NCBI GenBank assembly: GCA_963788655.1
Contig: CAWBHS010000006.1
Span: 1 to 64,000, forward strand
Source of the DNA: an uncultured Verrucomicrobiae bacterium
Lineage (GTDB): Bacteria > Verrucomicrobiota > Verrucomicrobiia > Limisphaerales > JAFGQR01
Length of the DNA stretch: 64,000 nt
Reading direction: 5' to 3'
In this document: piece after piece, positions 50,841-60,775 of the stretch
How positions within the stretch are numbered: the stretch's first letter is position 1
Layout of the letters: every line of letters begins with the position of its first letter
Made by a program: the position numbers and the translations under genes
The notes under the pieces: generated by a model
Told to the model about the DNA's origin: nothing
Databases searched by the model: none
The model's input: only the letters and a program-made list of their open reading frames with translations

Positions 50841-51111
50841 GCCTGGTTTGAATGATCCTGAGTTGATATGCGCTGGTAATTGTGTCGGCCGAAGTAAATA
50901 CAACCACGCAAGAATGGTCAAGGCGAGGAGGCGCTATACTGCGCACGGCCCTCGGACTTGAGGACAGCAGCAGCGTGACCCAGCCTGACCACTTCACCTA
51001 TTCCGCCAAGGATGGCGGCGATCCTTTTCAAGCTCTTGCCATTGCCCTTGGCCGTTCAGCGCCATAATTTCTTCGTGTCCACGACGGACCCTTCGTGGTT
51101 AGCTCCCGGCG

Positions 51112-51897
51112 ATGGAAGTCATTATTCGACCTACGGCTGATGCGGCCGCCGAATTGGCGGCACAGGTCATCGACCACGAGTTGCGGGCCAATCCGCATTT
51201 GGTGTTGGGGTTGGCCACCGGCCAAACCATGGAGGCGGTTTACGGGAAACTTGTCCACCTGCATCGGGACAAACAATTGGACTTCTCGCTGTGCCGCACC
51301 TTCAACCTCGATGAATACGTCGGGCTGCCCGGCAGCGACCGCCATTCCTACCGGCATTACATGAACCATTTCCTGTTCCTGCAGGTGAACATCGATCGGC
51401 GCAACACGTATCTGCCGGACGGCATGGCGACCGATTTGGACGGCGAATGCCAGCGCTATGAAGCGCGGATCAAACAAGTGGGCGGGATCGACGTCCAGCT
51501 TCTGGGGATCGGTCAGGCGGGCCACATGGGCTTCAATGAGCCGCTGTCGGCACTGCAGTCGCGGACCCGGGTCAAAGCTCTGTCGCCGCTGACCATCAAA
51601 CAGAACTCGCCCTTGTTCGAACGTCCGGCGGACATGCCGCGGCGCGCCATCACCATGGGCGTGGGCACGATTCTGGAATGCCGGCGTTGTGTGTTGTTGG
51701 CGACGGGGGAGGCGAAAGCTGCGATTATTGCCCAGGCCGTCGAGGGGCCGATCACTTCCATGATCTCAGCCACCGGATTGCAGTTGCACCCGCGCTGCAC
51801 CGTGGTGGTGGACGAAGCCGCCGCCAGCCGCTTGGAAGGGATCGATTACTACCGCTGGATATTCGACAACGAGCCCGAGTGGCTGCCCTTCCGGTAA
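51112..51897 (+). CDS. nagB: Glucosamine-6-phosphate deaminase
   Basis: LGLATG, FNLDEY, LLGIG, GHMGFNEP, AITMGVGTI. Confidence 0.95.
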   Translation: MEVIIRPTADAAAELAAQVIDHELRANPHLVLGLATGQTMEAVYGKLVHLHRDKQLDFSLCRTFNLDEYVGLPGSDRHSYRHYMNHFLFLQVNIDRRNTYLPDGMATDLDGECQRYEARIKQVGGIDVQLLGIGQAGHMGFNEPLSALQSRTRVKALSPLTIKQNSPLFERPADMPRRAITMGVGTILECRRCVLLATGEAKAAIIAQAVEGPITSMISATGLQLHPRCTVVVDEAAASRLEGIDYYRWIFDNEPEWLPFR

Positions 51898-52005
51898 TAC
51901 CGCTGTCCCGCCGGGCTCGAATTGCACCGGGGCACCCAATGCCCTTCGGAATGCCTTATTCACGGTGGACGCCTGAATACCTTCGGGACAGCCGGGACGG
52001 CTGTC

Positions 52006-55000
52006 CTACGGGAGCGGTTTCTTGGGGCGGACTCCAATTTTTCCCGGCGGAGCGTCAGCTTGTTTTCTTTCCCGCGCGTGAACCTTTTCGGCTTTCCGAG
52101 GCGGCGGTTGATGGGTCTGCGCGGGAGTTATCTCCGGATGGTCGCGGGAAGTGCGCGGAGCAAAGCAGAAAGGGCGGCTGATGGCGGACTGCAATTGTTC
52201 GAAATCCCGCTTGGCTTGACCGGCCCGCGGGTCGTCGGCTTGTTGATACACCTGCGCCCGCAGCGCCAAAAAGTCCAGGTTCCACGGCACGTACGGCTCG
52301 ATCCCAGCCATGACTTGGAGAGTCTGCTTCGTCCCGGCCAGGTAATCGAGGCGACGGGCCGCGGCCAACTCGATCGTGGAACGCTGTTGGTCCAGCAGGC
52401 CAAGGGCGAACGGGGTTTTCAACGTTTGTCCGATCAGGGCCAGAGAAAATTCATCTTCCGTTTGCGCCGCCAGTTTGCTGGTCAACTTGAAGGTTTCTTC
52501 CATGAGTTTGGGATGAGACCAAGGATCGGTCTTCCAGGTCTCCAAACACAGCGCCAGTTCATCCGCAACCTGGGACAGGGCATTCTCGTGCCACAAAAAA
52601 CGGGCGCGCACGGCATCGGCTTCGCCCGGAAACCATGGCCGCAACTGGTCGCCATAACGCAACGCGCGCACGTCGCCCCGATCCGCCAGTCCCATGGCCA
52701 GGATCAGCACCTCCAGCAGGTCGCCCGGTTCCTGGGCTTGGCCTTCCCACTCGTCGGCCACCGCGGAAAAATCATCCGTGAGGGCTTGGAAGGCCGCCTT
52801 GGCCGCCAGCCGTTTTCGGAATGGCTCATCCTCGGATTCCCCGGCATCCACGAAATGGTGGTCCAGGACCAGCGTCGAGGCCAGGCGATCCCAAATGACG
52901 TCCCGGTTCAACTGCCCGTTCCGCAAGTCGGGCCGCGCGCAGCCTTGCGCTTGGGCGAGTTCCCGCAACGAATTCAGCGCGAATGGTTGAGTCCGCCCGG
53001 CCCGCCGCCCCCAGTCGAATTCCAGGTGATTTCGATCATCCGTACCGACCGGGGGTTGCGCGGCCGTCACCGCATAGGCCAGGTGATAATTGGCGAGATA
53101 CCGCGCAAAGACACCTTCGAGATCCGTGACCCGCCACAGCCGCGCCACGGCGCCGGCGAACGGTTCCGCGTGCAATCGCCGGCGCATGTCCGCCACGTCG
53201 TAAGCAACGGGCCGGAGGGAGGCCACCAGTAGTAGATCGCTGGATTGGGTCATCCAGGTTTCGATGAACGGGAACACGGTGGCCAGCGTCGCATACAAAC
53301 CGCTCACGGTGGCGCCGTCCATGACCCGCAGACCGATGCGTTGCGCAAACAGTCCGTGCGGCTGTAAATGGCGGGCGGCGGCCCGGTAGAATTCCCGCGT
53401 GAACTGGCGGCTGGTTCCCGGTTGGCCGGGTTGAGCAGCTTTCGCAATGATCAAGTCGTACGTCTCGCGGGCGGTGAGCATGAATTCCCGGGGATCGCCA
53501 TACCGCAGACGCACTCGGGGATTCGCCAACACCTCGGCATTGACGGCAGCGCAGGCTTCGGCCATTGGCCGGAACGCCGGTTCAATTTCGAGCACGTCCA
53601 CCCGTTCCATCCCGGGCACGCGTCCCAACCATCCCGCCGTGGCGCCGGATCCCAGCCCGATCACCAAGCTGCGTTTCGGTTGCGGATGAACCAATGCCGG
53701 CAGCAGCCCCGCCATGATTTGGGTGGGAGCCTCCGCCCGCACGTTCTCGACGGGCTGGCCATCCATCATCAGCACATACCCGGCATCACGGATCAGCCCC
53801 ACATTGGCCTCCCGTCCTTCGACCTCCTGCACCAAACAACGGCGGCGGGCGTTCGCAAACTCGCGCCGACCCGTGGGCGCCACGGTTGTCCAGGTCACTT
53901 GCCGCGCACCAATGGGCGTGTGGCGCCACAGCGCCGTGGGCCCCATGGCGGTGATCAACCAGAGGGAAACTCCGGCAATTGCCAGTGAGGGCAAGGTGGT
54001 CGCCAACCGTCGCGATGGGCTTGGTTCGCGCGGCCATTGAACCGCCAGAACGATCACCAGCACCAAATCCAGCACCAGCACCATTCCCCGCCAACATCCC
54101 GGCGCGGTCAGCCGTGGCAATAGGCCCAAGCCGCCCATCGCGGCCCCCATGGCGGCGCCGGCCAGCGTCCAGCCGAACGCGCGGGTGTTTTGATAAGGAG
54201 CGGCACTTGGACCCATCCGCGGCAATGCCCCCAGCACCGAGCATTGGACGCCGATCAACACGCTCGCGGGCAGCACGATGAGGCTCGTTACCAATATGCC
54301 GCCGCCCACTTGGGCAATGAATCCGAGGTTGTCCAACGCGATCAGGTCGATGCTCAATACGGCCAATCGATCCCCCAGGGCGTAGGGTACGGCGATCAAC
54401 GCGGCCTGGCACGCCAGCACCCATGCGAACTTGGCCAGGGAAGGCAAAGCCGGTCTGGCCCGCAAGGCATACCCCACGCTGCCCAAGCCAATCCCGGCCA
54501 GCATTATGGTGAAAACAATTGCGGGCGCGAAAACCGTATTGCCGAGCAACGGAATGAGCAAGCGGTACCACACCAGTCCCATCACGAAACCAACCGTCCC
54601 GGTCGCCACCGCCCCAACCGCCACCAAGGGTCGCGGCACGCTGGGTCGGAGGGGGGCGTTGGAATCCGGTTCGACGGTCGGTGGCTGGGAGTGCGCCAGG
54701 CGGTCCGGTGCCCGCCCGGGCTCAACCGAAGACCATTTCCACGCCGCCAGTGCAAGCAGTCCATTTACCGCACAAGCGGTCCAAAGCGTCACCCAATTCC
54801 CCAGGTGCTCAAGCAACACAAACGTGCCCAACCCAACGCCGACGGCGGCGCCAAGGAAACTAGCTCCGTAAAACAAGGCGGGGTGGCGCTGCGAAACGGT
54901 TTGCTCCGGGGAGCTGGTTACCCCGGCCATTTCAACCGCAGCTCGTAGGAAGCCCCCCATGAATAACGCCGGCGGTCCCAGCACCAAGGCCGCGAGCAAC

Positions 55001-55383
55001 CCCTGCACGGCGCTGCCTCCCACGATCCCCAACGAAGTAATTCCGCCCGTGGCCCGGTAGGCATGACGGACCAGCCCCCAGAGCAACGGAGTGAGCGCCG
55101 CGAACAAGGCAATGAATCCTTGGCGGCAGGCCAGGATGCGAAACGGGTTTGGATTACCGGCCAGATTTCGGCCACCGATCAGGCTGCCGGTCGCCAAGCT
55201 GCCCAGGAAACATCCCAAGATGATGGAGTGCGCGGCAACCGTATGACCGAATATCAAACTGAAAGCGCGCCACCAGACGAGCAGGCACAACAACGCGGAC
55301 AGTCCCGTCCCAAACCAACCAAGCACCATCCCGCGCCATCGCGCCGGGGACATGCTGAACGACCATTGCATTGTGGATTGCAT
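52006..55383 (-). CDS. Large fused MFS-like / spermidine-synthase-like membrane protein
   Basis: About 13 hydrophobic segments, LVIGLGSGATAG, VLEIEP, FTREFY; helical C-terminus. Start uncertain. Confidence 0.85.
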   Translation of the reverse strand: MQSTMQWSFSMSPARWRGMVLGWFGTGLSALLCLLVWWRAFSLIFGHTVAAHSIILGCFLGSLATGSLIGGRNLAGNPNPFRILACRQGFIALFAALTPLLWGLVRHAYRATGGITSLGIVGGSAVQGLLAALVLGPPALFMGGFLRAAVEMAGVTSSPEQTVSQRHPALFYGASFLGAAVGVGLGTFVLLEHLGNWVTLWTACAVNGLLALAAWKWSSVEPGRAPDRLAHSQPPTVEPDSNAPLRPSVPRPLVAVGAVATGTVGFVMGLVWYRLLIPLLGNTVFAPAIVFTIMLAGIGLGSVGYALRARPALPSLAKFAWVLACQAALIAVPYALGDRLAVLSIDLIALDNLGFIAQVGGGILVTSLIVLPASVLIGVQCSVLGALPRMGPSAAPYQNTRAFGWTLAGAAMGAAMGGLGLLPRLTAPGCWRGMVLVLDLVLVIVLAVQWPREPSPSRRLATTLPSLAIAGVSLWLITAMGPTALWRHTPIGARQVTWTTVAPTGRREFANARRRCLVQEVEGREANVGLIRDAGYVLMMDGQPVENVRAEAPTQIMAGLLPALVHPQPKRSLVIGLGSGATAGWLGRVPGMERVDVLEIEPAFRPMAEACAAVNAEVLANPRVRLRYGDPREFMLTARETYDLIIAKAAQPGQPGTSRQFTREFYRAAARHLQPHGLFAQRIGLRVMDGATVSGLYATLATVFPFIETWMTQSSDLLLVASLRPVAYDVADMRRRLHAEPFAGAVARLWRVTDLEGVFARYLANYHLAYAVTAAQPPVGTDDRNHLEFDWGRRAGRTQPFALNSLRELAQAQGCARPDLRNGQLNRDVIWDRLASTLVLDHHFVDAGESEDEPFRKRLAAKAAFQALTDDFSAVADEWEGQAQEPGDLLEVLILAMGLADRGDVRALRYGDQLRPWFPGEADAVRARFLWHENALSQVADELALCLETWKTDPWSHPKLMEETFKLTSKLAAQTEDEFSLALIGQTLKTPFALGLLDQQRSTIELAAARRLDYLAGTKQTLQVMAGIEPYVPWNLDFLALRAQVYQQADDPRAGQAKRDFEQLQSAISRPFCFAPRTSRDHPEITPAQTHQPPPRKAEKVHARERKQADAPPGKIGVRPKKPLP

Positions 55384-55651
55384 GCAGGCTTCCGACTCTG
55401 CGCCACACTGAATGAGAATGTCGCGCGGATCGACGAACAACGTCCGTCTTCGCCTGGGAAGGCAGCACTCGACAAGCCAATTCCCGATGGGTTTCCCACG
55501 GCCCAGTGCAGCATTATCAGACACCCGGCTGTCCTGTCCTGGTACAGCCTGTTCGCTTTCCAGATGCAGACAGTCCTGATTCCAGCCAAAAAACGTGCGA
55601 AACAAACCTCGTCGGCGCAATCTGGGTCCCCCTTCGTCCCACGACCACTGC

Positions 55652-55667
55652 TGGCACACCTGATGCG
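55652..55667 (+). promoter_or_regulatory. Sigma54 promoter upstream of pilin-like genes
   Basis: TGGCACACCTGATGCG has GG-N10-GC spacing. Confidence 0.6.
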
Positions 55668-55681
55668 TAGAATTACGCAAA

Positions 55682-56311
55682 GTGACGTGCAAATTGTTAA
55701 ACATTTTGCGGTCAGGGGATGGTTGCCGGGCGGGGCAACCACTATTCGATGTGTCCCCAGGCCGTCGGAACGGGCGCCCATTAAACGGGCGGCCTGACCG
55801 CCGTGGCCGTCCACCCCGCGTCAGTTCCTCCGCCCGTGGCTCAATCGCGACGAGGCTTCCGGTGGCGACGCGATCAGGGTTTGCCCTGTTGGAAGTGCTG
55901 GTCGCCATGTCGATCATCGGAGTGGTCTTCGTGGCATTGTACTCCGGATTGACTTATGGGTTCACACGGATTCAGCTCTCCCGCGAAAACCTGCGCGCCA
56001 CGCAAATCCTGATGGAAAAAATGGAAACCATCCGGCTTTACAACTGGGACCAGATCACGGATCCGAACATGATTCCCACGAACTTTACCGCGTCCTACTA
56101 CCCCGCGGCCGGCACCAATCAGGGCGTGCTATACACCGGCACCTTCAGCATCGAAGACCCCGGATTCACCGCCAACTACAACGACAAGATGCGGCGGATC
56201 ACTGTGACGCTAAACTGGCAAACCGGTAGTGTGCATCGCCAGCGGTCCCTCAGCACACTCGTCACCGAAAACGGGCTTTACGACTATGTGTATCAGGAAC
56301 ATTACCACTGA
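55682..56311 (+). CDS. Type IV minor pilin / pseudopilin (PilV-like)
   Basis: G|FALLEV prepilin motif plus hydrophobic helix; start uncertain. Confidence 0.85.
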   Translation: MTCKLLNILRSGDGCRAGQPLFDVSPGRRNGRPLNGRPDRRGRPPRVSSSARGSIATRLPVATRSGFALLEVLVAMSIIGVVFVALYSGLTYGFTRIQLSRENLRATQILMEKMETIRLYNWDQITDPNMIPTNFTASYYPAAGTNQGVLYTGTFSIEDPGFTANYNDKMRRITVTLNWQTGSVHRQRSLSTLVTENGLYDYVYQEHYH

Positions 56312-56843
56312 ACTACGCCGCCGCCGCCATGCTTCGGGAGTCACGCTGGTGGAGTTCCTCATTGCGTTTTCAGTGGGCATGATCGTTCTGACGGCGCTGC
56401 TGTCGTTCACCGTGTTCACCAGCCGTGGCTTTGCCGGCGCGTTCAATTACGTCGAGATGGAGGCGCAGAGCCGGTCCGCCTTGGATCGGATGAGCCGTGA
56501 AATCCGGCAGGTCAATCTTCTGACCGCCTATAGCACCGGGCAGGTGGCCTTTCTGGATCATGATAATAAAACGCTCACCTATTCATACTCTCCCGAAACC
56601 CATACCCTGACCCGGATGAAGGATGGGCAAAGCGATGTCTTGTTAACGGGATGTGAATCGTTAGACTTTTCGATCTTCAAACGCAACACGACCAACGGAA
56701 CCTACGACCAATACCCCACCACGGTGGAGGCCAGCAATTGCAAGGTCGTCCAGGTGAGCTGGGTGTGCTCCCGCGAGGTGACCGGGACCAAACTCAACAC
56801 GGAAACCGTGCAAACCGCCAAAATCGTCATTCGCAACCAATGA
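56286..56843 (+). CDS. Type IV minor pilin / pseudopilin (PilW/GspJ-like)
   Basis: G|VTLVEF, ALDRMSREIRQ, terminal IVIRN. Confidence 0.85.
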   Translation: MCIRNITTELRRRRHASGVTLVEFLIAFSVGMIVLTALLSFTVFTSRGFAGAFNYVEMEAQSRSALDRMSREIRQVNLLTAYSTGQVAFLDHDNKTLTYSYSPETHTLTRMKDGQSDVLLTGCESLDFSIFKRNTTNGTYDQYPTTVEASNCKVVQVSWVCSREVTGTKLNTETVQTAKIVIRNQ

Positions 56844-58291
56844 ATCTGAATTCCCGTCGCCACCAATCTCGGACCACCGCCGGCAACACATTGATCCTCA
56901 CCCTCATGGTGGTCGGTGTGATGGGGCTGGTACTGGTCAGCTACCTGTACATGATCAGCAGTTCGAACCGCATGACCGCGCGGTCGCAGGTGTGGAACAG
57001 CGCCCTGGCCCTGGCCGAGGCGGGCGCGGAAGAGGCCCTGGCGCACCTGAACAAAAATGGCGTGAACACCAGCGGCCACATCTTCGGGACGTCCGACTTG
57101 GAGACGCAAGGGTGGACCAAATTGACGGGCCGGCTGTTTATGCGTCGCGCGATGGATGACGGCTATTATGAAGTGTACATCAAAAAAGGCGTCAAGCCGG
57201 AGATTACCTCCACCGGTTACATACCGGTACCGACGGGCCTGGCCTCGGCGCGCGGGCCGCTGGTGGCCGCGGTGGCCCCCTGGGATTCGGGCAATCAGTT
57301 CCTCACCCGCACCGTGCAGGTGATCTGCCGGAGCTCCGGCCGCTTCACCAAAGCCATCATTGGGAAGGACAAAGTGGACTTGAATGGCAAGGATGTGTAT
57401 GTGGACAGCTACCATTCGTTCGATCCCGACGAGAGCACCTACGCGCATACCAACAACTGGGGGCTATACGATCCGGCCAAATTCGGCGAAGCCGGCGACG
57501 TCTCGGTGATTGCCGGATTAAAGGACACTCTGAAGATTTCCAAAGCCACCGTGGTCGGGCACGTTTCGACCGGGCCGGCCGGTAATGTCAAACTGGACAG
57601 CCAGGCCCTCGTCGGCAGCAAGGATTGGATCGGGACCAACACCTCGGGCGTCCAACCGGGATGGTCGGCGGACGACGCGAACTTCGACATGGACGACGTC
57701 GAGGCGCCGTTTGAAACCGGGATCACGCCCGGCGGCGGCTGGGTGGGCACCAATTATTACAATTACATTTTATCCGATGGTGATTGGGAACTGAAGGAAT
57801 TCAAAGGCAGTGTCCTCGTCACCGGCGAAGCGCGCATCCTGGTCACCGACAAAATCAATTTTTCCGATGATCCCAAGGTTAACGACGGGATCGAGATGGA
57901 CCCGACCGCCCATCTGGAAATCTACATGAAAGGCAAGTCGGCCAAACTGGTGGGCAAGAAAGACAAAAAGAAGAAGTCCAAAGGCGGAACCATTATCAAC
58001 AAGATGTGGATCAACGGCGAAGGGAATGCGACCAACTTCTTCTATTTCGGCCTGGATAAAAACACCAAATTGGAAATCAAGAACGTCGATGATTTCACCG
58101 GCGTCGTGTATGCCCCCAAAGCCTCCATCAAGATCAAGGCCGGCACCACCAAGTACTACCATTGCAACATTTACGGTTCGGTCATGGGCAAAAAGATCAC
58201 CCTGGAAAAGGCTGTTTCGTTCCACTACGACGAAAACATTGCCAGTATTGGCGTGGACCGTTACATCGTCGAGTCGTGGTCGGAACTCTAA
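56840..58291 (+). CDS. PilX/GspK-like protein with large C-terminal beta domain
   Basis: G|NTLIL lacks Glu5; ALALAEAGAEEAL; GVVYAPKA, FHYDE, SWSEL. Confidence 0.8.
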   Translation: MNLNSRRHQSRTTAGNTLILTLMVVGVMGLVLVSYLYMISSSNRMTARSQVWNSALALAEAGAEEALAHLNKNGVNTSGHIFGTSDLETQGWTKLTGRLFMRRAMDDGYYEVYIKKGVKPEITSTGYIPVPTGLASARGPLVAAVAPWDSGNQFLTRTVQVICRSSGRFTKAIIGKDKVDLNGKDVYVDSYHSFDPDESTYAHTNNWGLYDPAKFGEAGDVSVIAGLKDTLKISKATVVGHVSTGPAGNVKLDSQALVGSKDWIGTNTSGVQPGWSADDANFDMDDVEAPFETGITPGGGWVGTNYYNYILSDGDWELKEFKGSVLVTGEARILVTDKINFSDDPKVNDGIEMDPTAHLEIYMKGKSAKLVGKKDKKKKSKGGTIINKMWINGEGNATNFFYFGLDKNTKLEIKNVDDFTGVVYAPKASIKIKAGTTKYYHCNIYGSVMGKKITLEKAVSFHYDENIASIGVDRYIVESWSEL

Positions 58292-58297
58292 GCCGTG

Positions 58298-58439
58298 ACG
58301 ATTCAGTAGGACAGGCGTCTCGCCTGTCCCGAACGAGTGCAAACCAACAACTTGTATCACGGCGCCGTGAGTCTTTCTATGTCACCAAACGGTGAGGATG
58401 TCTTGGGCAATTCGAGACAGGCGAGACGCCTGTCCTACC
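58298..58439. repeat. GTAGGACAGGC REP inverted pair
   Basis: acgattcagtaggacaggcg is identical to the start of the 35213 copy; inverse copy at 58414. Confidence 0.85.
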
Positions 58440-58680
58440 ACGCCGAACTGCTTCCTCGCACCACCAGCCACTGAAATCGTTACGGCTAAGAAATGGGGGG
58501 CTGACCACCAGGGAACGAAGCACCCGTTCAAATTGAATCGCTGGCGCAAACGCCGGACAAAACGGCCCACTTCCAAAAGAATCCAAGGTGACAAGATCGT
58601 GACAGGCAATTCTTGCCCCGCATAAATACGGATTCTTGAGGGCATTGTCCTCGCTCCCCCCAATACTGTGACAATTCAAG

Positions 58681-58752
58681 AGGTAACCTGTTTACCTGTA
58701 GAAACTAAGGATTCACCACCCAAGTTGGCTGCTCACTGGCACACGTATCGCT
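58681..58752 (+). promoter_or_regulatory. Sigma54 promoter with upstream palindrome
   Basis: TGGCACACGTATCGCT (58737-58752, GG-N10-GC); AGGTAA-N5-TTACCT at 58681. Confidence 0.6.
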
Positions 58753-58858
58753 AGCCAAGTATTTGCGTGGGCTGATTGCTTGCCAGATAACCACCTGAAT
58801 TGGCCTCGGAACGCTGTGCCGACGCATCAACTGGTGCGTCCTAAGCCGGACATTTTAC

Positions 58859-60721
58859 ATGCCGCTTATCAATTTGACAGAATACAGCCGCCAAAACGAA
58901 ACGACTGAACGAATCCCATACGTTACCAGTCCAGTACCGCCATTGCCCGAAGAAACGAACAGCGGTCAGCCAATTCCCGCTTGCCACCAACCAAATCCTC
59001 CCTGGCTCGCCGGTCGTTGGTGCGCCACGATGTTGCTGGCCTTCGGCACCGGCTCGGCGATGTCGTTTGAAACCGGTCCCGTGCCCCTGGCCGTAACGCT
59101 GACCGCGAAATCCGGCGGCGCCATTGCCGCGCAAGTAAACCAGGAGCCGGCCATTACCCCGCAACTCCTGCAAGAGCACGCGGGCGTGGTGAGCAGCCAC
59201 GGAATAACGTTCCGCTTCGATGCTCCGCCAACCGGCTTGATCGTGTCTTCCCGCGCGACTCCGGTGAGGATCAGCGTTGAAGGATTCTTCGGCTGGACGG
59301 CAACGGCCCCACCGGACTGCCAGGTTGGGCTCGTGCTTCCTGACGGTGCCAAAACAATCCGCCTCCATACCGCGAAAGCTCAGAGTGCCTCGGTGGCGCT
59401 GGGCTTTGCTGATGGAGGAAGGGCGCAGGTCGGCGAGGACTCGCGGGTGTGTTACGAATTGTTTGACGATCAGTCCTACCTGCTGACCGGTCAGGGCCGG
59501 GTCACGGCCACCAGTGCCGAGGGGCGGCTAATGACGCTGGGGCCGGCGTTTCCCCCGCTCACCGGCGGACCTTTGGCGCTGAGCACGGATCCGACCCGCG
59601 GCACGCATTTCCAACGCCGGTCCCCCACTGCCGTCGTGAAGATTGCGGGCTCCGCAGACGGCGATTTGACGATGCTGGTGGGCAATAAAACGTTCACGCT
59701 TACCGGACCCCAACGCGAGCGGATTCCTTTGGATAATGGGGCGGTGCTTTCCGTGGCGCGCCAGCCGGTGACCGACGAATTGCGTTGGACCGTGCAACGG
59801 GGCGATTTTCATTTTGCCATTGACGGATTACCCGGTTGGACGGCCCTCGGATTGACCGGCCAGGCCGGGGCCATTCTTTGGGATCTGAAAAACCAGGCGG
59901 TGGACCTGAAGAACCTGTCCCATGACCAAACCGTACTCGTCCGGTTGCCGAACCGGACTTACGCGGCCTTGGCACCGGAAGCCACTTTGCAATACAAGCA
60001 CCTGGGGTTCGGGCTGTTCGCCACCGCGGCGGCCCACGGACAGGTCGCCTTGGTGGATCCGGAAACCGGCCAGGCAGCGGATCTGGAAGCGGGCAACCTC
60101 CAGTCTCCGTCCAGCTCCCCCTTCGCCACCGAGAACATCCCGCCCCGGCAGACGGTTTCGCTGGAGTGGTCGCTCTCGCAAACGCTGGAAGTACACTCGT
60201 CGTTCGGTGAATTCCAAGTACGTCCGGGCGACGACACCGTCCTGCGTGGCCCGTCTGGCAACCAACTGCAAGTTCAGTGCATCAATGGTCAGGAAGTCTT
60301 CATAAAAGCGGTGGCGGGAGACTATCTCGTCTATCCGGAACACCAGGGAAGCCTGGCGGTCGAACTGACCGAAGGCAACGGCCTGCAACTCGCTCCCAAA
60401 CGAAACGCGGGTTCGGTCAAGGCCACCGCGCCGCTTGGCAACGCGCATCCGCTCCAATTCACGGTCGCCGGCCAACCGGTGTCGGCCTTGTATCCGAATG
60501 AAAGCGTTACGTTCCTGGGACCATCTCTGTTCACGCCGGAATGGCGATCGCCGCCGGTGGTCTATTGGGGAGAGGGTAATTCGCCGGATCGCCCCCTGGC
60601 TTTGGAAGATCCCAGTCCGTCATTGCCCGAAACCACGGATCCGGCCTGGGCGTTTGGCCTGTATCAGAATCAACTTTATGAGGATCGCATCCCCCAACCT
60701 CCCGTCTCGGTGGTTCGTTGA
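58859..60721 (+). CDS. Hypothetical exported beta-rich protein with internal repeats
   Basis: 620-aa ORF heading the export operon; ISVEGFFGWTA and FAIDGLPGWTA repeat. Confidence 0.75.
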   Translation: MPLINLTEYSRQNETTERIPYVTSPVPPLPEETNSGQPIPACHQPNPPWLAGRWCATMLLAFGTGSAMSFETGPVPLAVTLTAKSGGAIAAQVNQEPAITPQLLQEHAGVVSSHGITFRFDAPPTGLIVSSRATPVRISVEGFFGWTATAPPDCQVGLVLPDGAKTIRLHTAKAQSASVALGFADGGRAQVGEDSRVCYELFDDQSYLLTGQGRVTATSAEGRLMTLGPAFPPLTGGPLALSTDPTRGTHFQRRSPTAVVKIAGSADGDLTMLVGNKTFTLTGPQRERIPLDNGAVLSVARQPVTDELRWTVQRGDFHFAIDGLPGWTALGLTGQAGAILWDLKNQAVDLKNLSHDQTVLVRLPNRTYAALAPEATLQYKHLGFGLFATAAAHGQVALVDPETGQAADLEAGNLQSPSSSPFATENIPPRQTVSLEWSLSQTLEVHSSFGEFQVRPGDDTVLRGPSGNQLQVQCINGQEVFIKAVAGDYLVYPEHQGSLAVELTEGNGLQLAPKRNAGSVKATAPLGNAHPLQFTVAGQPVSALYPNESVTFLGPSLFTPEWRSPPVVYWGEGNSPDRPLALEDPSPSLPETTDPAWAFGLYQNQLYEDRIPQPPVSVVR

Positions 60722-60775
60722 CACCGCGTATGCAAATGCAATTGGTCCATCTCCAATCGTGGCCCGGCACGCCGC

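Noticed and set aside
55384..55917. N-terminal extension of the 1303-aa ORF
   Set aside because: Overlaps the divergent pilin gene and its promoter; no family-like sequence.
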